Source: Chloroflexota bacterium (GTDB taxonomy: Bacteria; Chloroflexota; UBA11872; VXNJ01). Taken from it: DNA of 64,000 nucleotides. The position numbers were made by a program, and so were the translations under genes. The DNA is taken from contig OZ253449.1 in assembly GCA_965261345.1 (NCBI GenBank), forward strand, positions 1,376,001-1,440,000. The letters are read 5' to 3'. This document shows positions 43,920 to 54,330 of the stretch, piece by piece. A model generated the notes under the pieces. That model was not told where the DNA came from, did no database searches, and saw only the letters and a program-made list of their open reading frames with translations. The first letter of the stretch is position 1. Every line of letters begins with the position of its first letter.

Positions 43920-45314
43920 GTGCGCGAATTGGTGTTTAGGTCGGCATCATCGCTGGCCGGCATGATCTCCGAGCGCCAGGTTTCTTCCGAAGAGGTGGTA
44001 CGGGCCCACCTGGACCGCATCGAAGCGGTGAATCCGAAGCTCAACGCGATCGTGGTGGTGCTGGCGGACTCGGCCCTGGCGCGGGCCCGGGCGTTGGATC
44101 GCGAGCTGTCGCGGGGAGTCGTGGTCGGTCCGCTGCACGGCGTGCCGGTAACGATTAAGGACGCCATCGCAACCGCGGGCGTGGTAACGACCGGCGGTAC
44201 CCTGGGCCGCGCCGATTACGTTCCGACCAGGGATGCCACGGTTGTGGCCAGGCTCAAGCAGGCGGGCGCGATCGTGATCGGCAAAACGAACCTGCCAGAG
44301 CTATCCCAGGCCGGCGAATCTGACAACCTGGTTTACGGGCGAACCAATAATCCCTACGACACCGCCCGACACCCCGGCGGGAGCAGCGGCGGCGAGGGCG
44401 CCGCAATCGCGTCCGGGATGTCGCCGCTTGGCGTGGGCAGCGATGTGGGTGGCAGCATTCGCGGGCCGGCCCATTTCTGCGGGATCGCCGGCATCAAACC
44501 CACCTCTGGCCGCGTGCCCAATACGGGACACTATCCGGCTCTGGGCGGAGCCCTTTCCCGGATGTGGCAGTTGGGCCCGCTGGCAAGGTATGTGGAAGAT
44601 CTAATCCTGGCGCTCCCGATCCTGGCCGGACCCGACGGGGTCGATCCGGGAGTTATGCCAGTTGGTCTGCAAGACCCTGGCGATGTTGACCTGGCTGGGT
44701 TGCGGGTGGCGTTCCATGTCTCGGTTCCCGAGGTGCCGGTCACGCCGGAAACGGAGGAGACAATCCGTCGCGCGGCTCAGGCGCTTTCTGGCGCCGGCGC
44801 CGCGGTAGTAGAGGCGCGGCCCGCTTGCCTAGATTCCATCCTGGACCAGATATACCCGTTTTACTCCGGGTTGAGCGGAGATCAGACAAGCCGCATTCTT
44901 GCCAGGGCCGGGACCACCAACGTCCACACTCTTTTGCGGGAGGCGATTGAATTCCAGCGCGAGCACATGCCTTCCCTGGTGGAATTGATCGAAATCCTGG
45001 CGTGGGTCGACGAATTCCGGCGGCAGATGCTGTCCTTTTTGAGAGACTACGACGCAATCCTGTGCCCAACCCATGCTCATCCCGCAATTGCCCACGGTCT
45101 CTCCAACACTCCCTGCTTCAAAGATGGCTCCATGTACTGCCAGATCTACAACTTGACCGGCTGGCCGGGAGCGGCGGTCCGCGCCGGAACCTCCGAAGAC
45201 GGATCACCAATTAGCGTGCAGATCGTTGCCAAGCCATGGCGTGAAGACGTCGCGCTGGCGCTGGCGCAACGGCTAGAGCGGTCGCTGGGTGGTTGGCAGC
45301 GCCCTCCGCTTTAG
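43920..45314 (+). CDS. Amidase-signature family amidase
   Basis: GPLHGVPVTIKD, GGSSGGEG, GSDVGGSIRGPAHFCG; GGGGAGGA RBS. Confidence 0.93.
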   Translation: MRELVFRSASSLAGMISERQVSSEEVVRAHLDRIEAVNPKLNAIVVVLADSALARARALDRELSRGVVVGPLHGVPVTIKDAIATAGVVTTGGTLGRADYVPTRDATVVARLKQAGAIVIGKTNLPELSQAGESDNLVYGRTNNPYDTARHPGGSSGGEGAAIASGMSPLGVGSDVGGSIRGPAHFCGIAGIKPTSGRVPNTGHYPALGGALSRMWQLGPLARYVEDLILALPILAGPDGVDPGVMPVGLQDPGDVDLAGLRVAFHVSVPEVPVTPETEETIRRAAQALSGAGAAVVEARPACLDSILDQIYPFYSGLSGDQTSRILARAGTTNVHTLLREAIEFQREHMPSLVELIEILAWVDEFRRQMLSFLRDYDAILCPTHAHPAIAHGLSNTPCFKDGSMYCQIYNLTGWPGAAVRAGTSEDGSPISVQIVAKPWREDVALALAQRLERSLGGWQRPPL

Positions 45315-45358
45315 TGGGCGCCGCTGAGATTTAGGTATCTCACTAAGCGATTAAAGCG

Positions 45359-45734
45359 CTGGCAAGCAACCGTGCGACCACGATCGCTCAGTACATCCGG
45401 GCGGCCCCGCCCGAGGGGAGGCCGCACTTGCACCGGCTGTACGCGATCCTAAAAAGCGTGGCGCCGGAGGCCGGCGAGGCGATCAATTGGGGCACCCCGT
45501 TCTTCGTGGAGCCCCGGTTCCGGTTCGCTTTCTACGCGTTCAAGGCACACTGCAGCTCCTCTCCGTCAGGAGATGCGATGGAGGTCTTTCGCTAAGGAAC
45601 TGGAATCACACCAGACCACCAAGGGTGCCCTCAAGATTTCCCACAGCCAACCGCTGCCCGAGGATCTGACTTCAAGGATTGCCGAATACTGCCCAAGTAG
45701 CCTGCGTGAACGGGAAGACAGCGCATTCTGGTAG
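45359..45734 (+). pseudogene. DUF1801 (YdhG-like) protein, eroded start and frameshift near 45593
   Basis: Manual translation TIAQYIRAAPPEGRPHLHRLYAILKSVAPEAGEAINWGTPFF..AFKAH../KELESHQTTKG..QPLPEDL; not in the ORF track. Confidence 0.7.
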
Positions 45735-45789
45735 GTTCTTCCCGGAAGATGGCGACCGCCTAATTGGGTTTGGGGGTGTTGCGCCGGGA

Positions 45790-45856
45790 GCGATTCTGCG
45801 ACTATTTGCCAGGGTCGCGGTGCGATTCTGCGACTATTTGCCAGGGTCGCGGTGCG
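45790..45856. repeat. Perfect 32-bp tandem duplication
   Basis: GCGATTCTGCGACTATTTGCCAGGGTCGCGGT x2. Confidence 0.95.
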
Positions 45857-46313
45857 GCCGCCTTTTGATGACGAAATCGTCCTCGTACATTTCGAACACG
45901 GTTGGCGCTAGACCCAATTTCGCATATGCAGACTGCGCCGCCCGGTTGTCTTTCTCAACGTACAAGCGCACCCCGCAAGATCCGCTTTCGGCGGCCAGTT
46001 CGAGCACACGGGCATACAGCGCGCGAAGAACCCCCTGACGCCTGTATTCGGGCATCACATATACGCTTTGCAACCACCAGAACATCCCGTTCCGCCAGTC
46101 GCTCCACTCAAATGTCAGACCCAATTGACCCACCGGTGCCCCTTCCAACTCGGCCAGTAGATAAAATCCGCGACTTTCGTCGCCAAGCATGTTTTCTACG
46201 CCCGACCGCAATCGGACGCGATCTAGGTCCACGCCCTCGGTTTCGGAAGCCAGGAGAGCGTTAAATTCCGTGATCGTCCCAATATCGATCTTTTGGGCCC
46301 TACGGATTCGCAT
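45834..46313 (-). CDS. GNAT acetyltransferase
   Basis: WSDWRNG, VYVMPEYRRQGV, LYVEKDNRAAQSAYAKLG. Confidence 0.9.
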   Translation of the reverse strand: MRIRRAQKIDIGTITEFNALLASETEGVDLDRVRLRSGVENMLGDESRGFYLLAELEGAPVGQLGLTFEWSDWRNGMFWWLQSVYVMPEYRRQGVLRALYARVLELAAESGSCGVRLYVEKDNRAAQSAYAKLGLAPTVFEMYEDDFVIKRRPHRDPGK

Positions 46314-46811
46314 TCGCCCATCTTAGGGCGCGTTCGGCCAATCGGCCAATCCCGGCACGCTGCGGCGGGTTGGGTGGTCAGCTCAAGCAATGGATCCTTG
46401 CCGATTTTGATTTTCTGCGATCCCTAAATGAGCATCCAGGATAGCCGTTTACCCAGCGGCATCCCCGCCAAAATCGCTTGATTGGCTAGTTGAATTCTTT
46501 GCGCGAAGGTGGAAAACATTAGGGCCTTGTTACGTCGGCTATGTTCGTAGTTGGCTTGGGAGCGGCAAGCAACCCCAGGGCAAACCGAACCGGTAGCCCC
46601 CCCACCCCAACTAGCAGATGCTGGCCATTAGGGAGCCTTTGCTTGTCGATGCCGACCTTCCTTTCCTGCCTGGGCCGGCAAACCGGCCGCGCCCGCCGGT
46701 TGGTCGCTTGGCATTTGGCGATCCGAATTCAACTAACCTGCTTGGATGGGCGTGCTTGGCTAGCCCAGGTAGCGCCAACCGCCCAAACTGGCTGCTGTAA
46801 GGAATTTAGAT

Positions 46812-48248
46812 ATGTCCCGCGCCCCCAACGTTGTGCTGATCGTTGCCGACGACATGGGCTACGGTGATTTCGGCGTCTTTAACAACGGCTATGTGCGTAC
46901 CCCCAACCTGGACAACCTGGTTGGCGAGGGCCTCTGCCTAAGTCAGCACTACGCGGGTTCACCGGTGTGTTCACCATCCCGGGCCGCCCTGCTCACCGGC
47001 CGTTACCCGCATCGTACGGGAGCCATTACCCACCAGGAGGTGCGTGGCTTGGACCGGTTCTCGCTGCGCGAGATCACCTTGGGCGATGCTTTCAAGCACG
47101 GAGGCTACGCCACCGGTTTAGTGGGCAAATGGCACAACGGCGCACTTGATCCGCGCTACCATCCCAACGCCCGTGGTTTCGATGAGTTCGTTGGATTCCG
47201 AGGCGGTTGGGCCAACTACTACAACTGGCGCCTCGACGTAAACGGCTCGTTTAAATGGTCTGATGGGCGCTATCTAACCGACGTATTTACCAACGAGGCG
47301 ATCGGGTTCATCGGGCGCCACGCCGGCGATCCGTTTTTCTTAAGCGTGATGTACAACGCCCCGCACTCGCCGCTCCAGGCCCCCCAGGAAGACATCGACC
47401 GGTATCTTTCGATGGGCCTTAACCGCGGGGTCGCGATGACCTACGCGATGATCGAGGCGATGGACCGGGGGGTTGGGCGCATCCTGGAGGAACTGGAACG
47501 CCGCGGACTCTCGGGCAACACGATTTTTATGTTCAGCAGCGACAACGGACCCGCATTCCGACTGCGCGATGATCAGGTGCCTGCAGGCATGAGCGCTGAC
47601 ACGACGCGATTTAACTGCGGGTTCAACGGCGCCAAGCGCATGGTGCTCGAAGGCGGAATACGCGTGCCGATGGTAATGCGCTGGCCGGACGGGCTGCCTG
47701 GCGGTGGATTAGAGATTACCGATCTGGTCCACTTTACCGACTGGTTGCCGACCCTGCTCGCAGCGGCGGGAATCGAGCGGCCGGATGGCCCGCCCTTAGA
47801 CGGCAAAAACATCTTGCCGCAGCTGCGTGGTCAGGAGGCCTTCGAGCAGCCGCGACGGTTCTGGCAGTTCAATGACTATTTGCCGATCGGCACGATCAAT
47901 GCAGCGATGCGCGAAGGCGATTGGAAACTGGTTCGGCCAAACCTGGATATTGGCTACGCCAGTCCTAAAGATGAGGCTGCGGCCCGGCGTTACATCGAGC
48001 TGGATATCGAGTACAAATATCACCCCGAAAACGTACGAAAGATCATGGATGACCCAGATCCAGCGCGCATCGTCCCGGCACCACCGCGGCCAGAGCTGTA
48101 TAACATCGCCGCCGACCCGGTGGAATCAATCAACCTGGCCGATTCGCACCCGGAACGCGTGACCCGAATGACCGGTCAATTGGAAGAATGGTTTGCCGCG
48201 GTTGAGATCGAGCGGGCCCGCGCGCACCTGGAAACGGTTGGCCGTTAG
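46812..48248 (+). CDS. Sulfatase (arylsulfatase-like, Cys-type formylglycine)
   Basis: PNVVLIVADDMGYGD, CSPSRAALLTGR, GKWH, APHSP, SSDNG, EGGIRVP. Confidence 0.95.
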   Translation: MSRAPNVVLIVADDMGYGDFGVFNNGYVRTPNLDNLVGEGLCLSQHYAGSPVCSPSRAALLTGRYPHRTGAITHQEVRGLDRFSLREITLGDAFKHGGYATGLVGKWHNGALDPRYHPNARGFDEFVGFRGGWANYYNWRLDVNGSFKWSDGRYLTDVFTNEAIGFIGRHAGDPFFLSVMYNAPHSPLQAPQEDIDRYLSMGLNRGVAMTYAMIEAMDRGVGRILEELERRGLSGNTIFMFSSDNGPAFRLRDDQVPAGMSADTTRFNCGFNGAKRMVLEGGIRVPMVMRWPDGLPGGGLEITDLVHFTDWLPTLLAAAGIERPDGPPLDGKNILPQLRGQEAFEQPRRFWQFNDYLPIGTINAAMREGDWKLVRPNLDIGYASPKDEAAARRYIELDIEYKYHPENVRKIMDDPDPARIVPAPPRPELYNIAADPVESINLADSHPERVTRMTGQLEEWFAAVEIERARAHLETVGR

Positions 48249-48539
48249 AAACACCGACCACCGCTAATCGCTGGGTGTGAATTTGCCAGCTCCCAACGTT
48301 TCGTCCAGCTCGCCTCCGCAATCGCGCGGGCGGGACTGGCAGATGATGGCGCCAGCGAGCCCGGGATCGTAGTTGAGCACTTTTGCGCTGGTTGATACCG
48401 TTGTGGTAATGCTTCAATCGGGTAACTGGTTGCCGCCATCCAAGGCTCCCAGTTGTGCGAATCTAAGGATTTAAGGAGACCCCGTGGCCCGCTTCGCAAT
48501 GCGGGCCCGTTTTTGAGAAATTCTTCTGACCCAACCTCT

Positions 48540-50282
48540 ATGACCGGGATCCCGCCGGTGCGAGTCTGTTCGTTAGCCGACTTGCAGCGCGACGGGCGGA
48601 AGGTGATTTCAGTTGGCGGTCGCGCGGTGCTGGTCCTTCTCTCCGAGGGTGGTGTTTACGCGCTCGACAACCGGTGCCCGCACATGGGCTTTCCGCTTTC
48701 CCGCGGCACCGTCCGTGACGGTATCCTCACCTGCCATTGGCACCATGCCAAATTCGACCTGGCGGGCGGCTGCACTTTCGATCCGTTTGCCGACGACGTT
48801 CCATCATTTCGTTCCCAGGTTCGTGACGGCGACGTGTGGTTGGATCCCACACCAATAGAAGAGGATCCGACCGTTCGCTGGACCCGCAAACTCGGCGAGG
48901 GCCTCGAACAGAACGTCCAATTGGTTCTGGCCAAAGCGGTCATTGGGCTTTGCGGTGCGGGCGCGGCCAGTAAGGCGATCAGGCAAACCGCGCTGTTTGG
49001 GCTACGCAACCGGTCCGACGGCTGGTCTACCGGGCTAACGATCCTGACCGCCATGGCCAACGTGTACCCCTTCCTCGATCCAAAGGATCAGCCACTTGCC
49101 CTCTTTCACGGAATCATCAATGTAGCTTCTGGCACCGAAAACCAGCCTCCCAATTTCGACCTTTACCCACTAACGACCGGCGAGAAGTCGCCGGACCGCT
49201 ATCTGGACTGGTTCCGCCGATTCGTTGACCTGCGGTCCACCAACGCGGCCGAGCGCACGCTGCGCACCGCGGTGCATGTTGGATTTGACGCCAATACAGT
49301 TGCCGATATCGTCAACGCCGGCTGTACCGACCACCTCTACATCGGTGGCGGACACACCTTTGACTTCGCCAACAAGTCTTTCGAGCTGCTAGACCACATC
49401 GGGTGGCAGCACGCCGAGGAAGTCCTTCCGTCGTTGGTGTCGGGCGTGAACTTAACCAACGCCGCACGAATGGAAGAAAGTGCCAGTTGGCGGCACCCGG
49501 TTGATCTGGCCGCCATGCTCTTTGACCTGTACGGTGAACTGGACGAGCTCATCGCCCGCGGCGCCGCCAACCCAAATGGACAAGCCGATGCATCCGGCCG
49601 GGAGGAGTTGGGCGAGATCATCCTGGACGCCGAGCCGCATGAAGCGCTAGAGGAGATGAAACGCCGGCTCGCCAATGGCGCTTTGCTGACCGATCTTTCG
49701 GCTGCGGTTACCTATGCGGCGGCGCGGCGCATGGTCCATTACCGGATAACCAATGAATTTGCCGACTGGAACACGGTGCTCCACACCTTCACCTATGCCA
49801 ACGCCGTTGATCAGGCCTTGCGGCGGTCGCCGTCAAACCTGCTGGCGCGCGGGATCTTTGATGGAGCGATGTCGGTGTACCTTGAGCGATTCCTAAACAT
49901 CCCCAAGCAGCCGTTACCCGATGCCAACCGGGCCAATGCCTCCGGCGGCGACCTGCTGGCGGCATTCGACGCCCAGGGCCAGGTTGACGAGGCGGGCCAG
50001 GTTGTGGCCGACATGGTTGCGGCCGGCAAACAGGGCGAGGTGATCCGGGTAATGGGGCACGGCCTGCTTAGAGAAGATGCTGGATTCCACATGTTCCAGG
50101 CGTACGAGGCCGCCGTTAAGCAGTACCACCATTTCGCCGGCACACCGGCCGGTGGGCACATCCTCATCGGGGCGGCCCGCTTCCTTTCGGCGCATTCCCC
50201 CACGGTTCGGGCAACCGGGCAGACCTTCGACATTGCGGCGCGCCTGCTGCGTGGCGAAAGCCTCCACGGGGAAGACGAATAA
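48540..50282 (+). CDS. Rieske [2Fe-2S] ferredoxin domain fused to a large uncharacterised helical domain
   Basis: NRCPHMG..LTCHWHHAKFDL; about 470 further residues without a recognised family. Confidence 0.85.
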   Translation: MTGIPPVRVCSLADLQRDGRKVISVGGRAVLVLLSEGGVYALDNRCPHMGFPLSRGTVRDGILTCHWHHAKFDLAGGCTFDPFADDVPSFRSQVRDGDVWLDPTPIEEDPTVRWTRKLGEGLEQNVQLVLAKAVIGLCGAGAASKAIRQTALFGLRNRSDGWSTGLTILTAMANVYPFLDPKDQPLALFHGIINVASGTENQPPNFDLYPLTTGEKSPDRYLDWFRRFVDLRSTNAAERTLRTAVHVGFDANTVADIVNAGCTDHLYIGGGHTFDFANKSFELLDHIGWQHAEEVLPSLVSGVNLTNAARMEESASWRHPVDLAAMLFDLYGELDELIARGAANPNGQADASGREELGEIILDAEPHEALEEMKRRLANGALLTDLSAAVTYAAARRMVHYRITNEFADWNTVLHTFTYANAVDQALRRSPSNLLARGIFDGAMSVYLERFLNIPKQPLPDANRANASGGDLLAAFDAQGQVDEAGQVVADMVAAGKQGEVIRVMGHGLLREDAGFHMFQAYEAAVKQYHHFAGTPAGGHILIGAARFLSAHSPTVRATGQTFDIAARLLRGESLHGEDE

Positions 50283-50468
50283 TTAAAGCGCGATCCCGGC
50301 GCAGATGCCGCGCCAAGCGATCAATCCAACCGACGACTTCCACCGGCGCCGCTTCAGTCCGGGCCGGCCGGGAAAATGAGTTGGCCAGCGGTTGAGGATT
50401 TTGGATCAGCCGGCCGCCGGTGGTGGAGGCAATCTGCAATGGATTTCCCGGGCCCGGCCGCCGCGGCG

Positions 50469-51458
50469 TTAGAAAGTCGACATGCCCAGGCGTTCCATCT
50501 CGTATTGGAGCGTTTCGCGCAGCCCGGCCTCTAGTGATCGCGGCCTAAATCCCAGCTCGCGCTTGGCTTTGCGGCTGCTCCCGATGTAGGTTGTGCCGGC
50601 CCCGGTTCGCAGGGTCTCGGCCGCGTAGGTCGGCGGCACCGGTACCAGTGCGCTAACGACTCGCATGCACGCGGCCAGGGCCTTCATAGTCAACGGCCCG
50701 GGATGGATCTGCGGCGCTCGGACGCCGGTTATGCGTTCGGCGATTTCAAAGGCTTCCTGGATGCTGTGGACCGGTCCGGTGATCAAATAGCTCTCGCCCA
50801 ATCGACCCTTTTCCATTGCCAACAGGTGGCCCCTGGCGGTATCGTCAACGTGGCCCCAGCAGGATTTGGTTCCGGACGGGACCATCGGCAGGCGACCTTG
50901 CAGGTATTGCCGCAGCGCCCGATTAAATGAACTCTGGTCGCCGCGCCCGTAGACGATTCCGGGTTGAACGATGACAAGCGGCAATCCGGCATTGGCCATC
51001 GGTTGGGCCACCCGATAGTGCGCCAACGACTTGGTGCGTTCGTATTCGTTCAGGTACGGTCCGCGGTGGCGATGAGTCTCGTCAACCAGTTTTCCGCGGG
51101 TGTCGGAGAAGACGGCCACGGTGCTGGTGTAGACGATTTTTGAGACACCCAGGTCGCGGGCGGTAACCAAGACGTTGCGGGTGCCGATGACGTTGGTAGC
51201 AAAAGCCGCGTTGGGAAGCCTGGTCCCGAACCGAACCCAGGCGGCCAGGTGGAAGACCCCATCGGCGCCGTCCATGGGGCCGACCAGGGAAGCTCGGTCG
51301 CAGATATTTCCGCGCTTGAGAATTGCTCCTTGCTCGGCTAGATGCCTGGCCGCGTTCGGGTCGCGTACCAGCGCTACCACCTCGTTGCCGGCGCCAAGAA
51401 GCAACTTGACCAGGCTCCGGCCGATGAATCCGGTGGCGCCGGTAACGAGGTATCTCAT
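50469..51458 (-). CDS. NAD-dependent epimerase/dehydratase (dihydroflavonol reductase/HpnA-like)
   Basis: VTGATGFIG, FHLAA, YTSTVA, YERTK, HVDDTARGH. Confidence 0.9.
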   Translation of the reverse strand: MRYLVTGATGFIGRSLVKLLLGAGNEVVALVRDPNAARHLAEQGAILKRGNICDRASLVGPMDGADGVFHLAAWVRFGTRLPNAAFATNVIGTRNVLVTARDLGVSKIVYTSTVAVFSDTRGKLVDETHRHRGPYLNEYERTKSLAHYRVAQPMANAGLPLVIVQPGIVYGRGDQSSFNRALRQYLQGRLPMVPSGTKSCWGHVDDTARGHLLAMEKGRLGESYLITGPVHSIQEAFEIAERITGVRAPQIHPGPLTMKALAACMRVVSALVPVPPTYAAETLRTGAGTTYIGSSRKAKRELGFRPRSLEAGLRETLQYEMERLGMSTF

Positions 51459-51965
51459 CTGCCGCCACAGCCGGCAGGGTCCAATCGGATTCCGGGTGGA
51501 ATCCGATTCCCGCGGGAAAACCTGTCTTGTTCCGACCCATCCGTGTAAACCGGAGTGTGCGTCCGCCGCCGCCCGCCCACTTTCAGTACGGTGACATCTG
51601 GACGAATGGAGTTAGGCGATTGGAGGAACGATGAACCGGCGGGCCGGACCGCTCGCCTTCAGGCCGATCGCGGCCGATGGGCAATCGCGCATCTCGGCCA
51701 ACGCCGCGCGGCACGCGTCGTCGGTCGGCGGGTTTGTGCGCGGGTTCCAAGTGCGATTGGCAAACGGGGGGCTCAAGATACGTTCTATGTCGAACCGAAT
51801 CAACTCGCTGCGCGCTATCGATGGAACAGTCTCCGAAACGCTTTCGGCTCGCTCCAATCGCCGCAGGAAGCCGCTGGATTTACCAATTGCAATTTTCGGC
51901 CCGGCCGTGTCGAAAGTCCAAATCCCGGATCGCGCCCATTTTCCGGGCCGGCCCAGAAATGTATA

Positions 51966-51989
51966 TATAGTGGTCATTAATAATGACCA
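51966..51989 (+). promoter_or_regulatory. -10-like TATAGT plus a 19-bp palindrome, probable operator of the TA pair now displaced by the IS
   Basis: TGGTCATTA-A-TAATGACCA at 51971..51989; removing the IS places it about 35 bp upstream of the antitoxin start. Confidence 0.6.
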
Positions 51990-51994
51990 TAGTG

Positions 51995-53593
51995 TGTTGT
52001 TGCTCAGCGATTCCGTCAGTAGTTAACTGCTCAGGAAAAATGTCAGTCTTCTACCCACGTAGGGACACATGGCATTGCTCGAGCAACTTCCCCGCGCACG
52101 GCGCCAGATTCTCAGATTGCTACCTCCACGAAGAGATCGATTCCAGGCAAGCGACAACCCTGCTCGGCGTCAGCTGCCGCCAGTTCTGGCGTTTGCTGGC
52201 CGCGTACCGGAAACGCGGTGGTGACGCCCTAACCCACGGCAACCGCGGCCGCCGGCCGGGCAATGCCACTTCCCCAGAAATCGCCGCCAGAGTAATCGAA
52301 CTGACCCGGGACCGTTATCCGGATGCCAACCACACCCACCTGGCGCAGCTGCTGGAAGAACGCGAAGGGATACGGATCAGTCGCCAGACCTTAAGACGGA
52401 TCCTTACTGCCACGGGATTAAAGAGCCCCCGCCGCCGCCGTCCGCCCCGCCACCGGGTAAGAAGAGAGCGCATGCCCAGGGAGGGGATGCTGATCCAGAT
52501 CGACGGCAGCCACCATCGCTGGCTGGGCGACGATCATCCCCAGTTCGCCCTGCACCTGGCGGTCGACGATGCCACCGGCAAGGTCCTGGTGGCGCGCTTT
52601 AGACCCGATGAAGACGCCTGTGGCTACTTCGAACTGCTCGGCGATCTGACCAGGAACTACGGTATCCCATTGGCCCTCTACAGCGACCGCCACAGCGTAT
52701 TTGTTCCCTCCCTCCGATCCGCGCAGCCAAAGCTGGCCGAGGGCGCTACCCAAGTTCGCGCGGGCAATGTCAGAACTGGGGATACGCTAAGGTGTTTGCC
52801 AGCTCGGCCCAGGCCAAGGGCAGAGTCGAAAGGGTTGCCGGGACCTTCCAGGATCGGCTGGTAACCGAACTGCGTCTGGACGGGGCAAGGGCCCTTGTAG
52901 GCGCCAATTTCCTGCTGGCCCGGTTCTTAGAGCGCTTCAACCACCAGTTCGCGGTTGCGCCGGCGCAACCGCAGACCGCCTACCGCCCGCTCGATCCCGA
53001 AATCGATCTTGAAATGGTGCTGTGTTTTAGACACTTCCGCCGGGTCGGGCGTGACAACACCGTCAGGTATCGGTGGCAGGTGATCCAACTCCTGCCTTCG
53101 GAGGAGCGACCCAGCTACGCCGGCTCCAGGGTGGAGGTGGTCGAACATACCGACGGGCGGCTACAGGTGGCGTATGCGGACGGGATCGTTCCTTCGCAGC
53201 TGGTCCCGCCCAGACCGGGACTGATGCGGATTAACCGCGCCGACAGCGATCCCGATCGGCTGCAGCGACAGCTGGCGAAGGTGCAACAGCTCCCGGAAAC
53301 AACGCCGCCAAAAAAACGGTCGCGGCGGCGTGCAGCTGGCCGCAAGCCCACCGCCCGGCAGGTGGCACGCTGGCAAGCGGTGCAAACGGCCAAGACCAAG
53401 GGAATGACCATCAGCGGTACCGCCCGAGAGCTTGGACTGTCGCGAAAAACGGTTCGCAAGTACATGCAGGCGGCCGAGCCGCCGCGGAACCGGACAAGCC
53501 GCATGGGCGCCATCAGCCGGCAACAATAATGCGAACCCGTTGACTGACATTTTCGCTGGACCGTTGGACTGACATAGTCGCTGAGCTACGACA
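51995..53593 (+). mobile_element. IS1202/ISNCY-type insertion sequence, 1599 bp, 7-bp target duplication CATAGTG
   Basis: Ends TGTTGTTGCTCAGCGA.. and ..TCGCTGAGCTACGACA with repeated TGTCAGTC motifs; CATAGTG at 51988..51994 and 53594..53600. Confidence 0.88.
52069..53529 (+). pseudogene. ISNCY-type DDE transposase with about three +1 frameshifts
   Basis: HGNRGRRP, IQIDGSHHRW, VDDATG, YSDRHSVF, QAKGRVER..TFQDRL; C-terminal HTH. Confidence 0.85.
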
Positions 53594-53623
53594 CATAGTG
53601 CTAAGGGGGAGTTACGGCACACC

Positions 53624-53848
53624 GTGAAGACGATTGGAGCGGCAAAATTCAAATCACAGTGCCTCGCACTGCTCGATCATCTCGGCGCCGATGGGCTCGT
53701 TGTTACCAAACATGGAAAGCCGGTGGCGCGCGTGCTTCCCGACCGGCTACAGGACGCAGACCTGATCGGAGTCCTTCGCGGGCAGATCAAGATAACTGGC
53801 AACATCAATTCGACCGGCATCCATTGGGATGCAAATGATCAATCTTGA
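53624..53848 (+). CDS. Phd/YefM-family antitoxin
   Basis: KTIGAAKFKSQCLALLD..VVTKHGKPVARV; overlaps the toxin start. Confidence 0.88.
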   Translation: MKTIGAAKFKSQCLALLDHLGADGLVVTKHGKPVARVLPDRLQDADLIGVLRGQIKITGNINSTGIHWDANDQS

Positions 53849-54197
53849 TACCCAAGTACTCATCTACGCGCTCAGCGGCCAACTGCGGCCGAAAGAAGAA
53901 GAGTCATTAAAGGAGCGCCGCTGGAAAATTTCGGCAATCGTCCTGTGGGAATTGGCAAAACTTGCCCAACTCAACCGCCTAGATATTGATCTGGATGATC
54001 CTGGCTGCATTCGCATTGTTTCCCGGTTGCAGGTTTGGCCGATTGATTTCTCAATTGCGCGCGCCTAAACCAGGCTCGACTTTGGATGCGATCCGGCCGA
54101 TGAAATCATCGCCGCCACGAGCGTTGTCCACAAGGTGCCGTTGCTAACCCGCGACGAGACAATCCGCAGTTCACAGATCGTCCCGCTGGCGCTCTAG
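53835..54197 (+). pseudogene. vapC: PIN-domain (VapC-like) toxin with an in-frame TAA at 54066
   Basis: INLDTQVL, ISAIVLWE; the same frame continues after the stop with DPADEIIAATSVVHKVPLLTRDE to TAG 54197. Confidence 0.85.
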
Positions 54198-54330
54198 GCC
54201 GTCCGGCTCGAACCGAGGGGCAGTTCGGGCCCGAGTACCTTGTTTACGGATAAGGAAAACTAGCGGCGCGGGCAGGCGTGTTCGCGTCGGCGTGGCGTTG
54301 GTTGATCGCCATTTCGTTCATTGCGTTTTT

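Noticed and set aside
46320-46810. Possible riboswitch or ncRNA in long intergenic regions (also 10210..10740, 23250..23800, 51460..51960)
   Set aside because: No known riboswitch consensus recognised by eye; an Infernal/Rfam scan would be needed
51955-51995. dif/XerCD site next to the IS1202-like element
   Set aside because: No 11-6-11 arrangement with a TTATG(T/C)-type XerD arm was recognised; the palindrome fits a TA operator better
24594-54068. Stop-codon reassignment as the explanation for in-frame TAG/TAA codons
   Set aside because: TAA, TAG and TGA all terminate intact genes in this window; the internal stops are isolated and of mixed type
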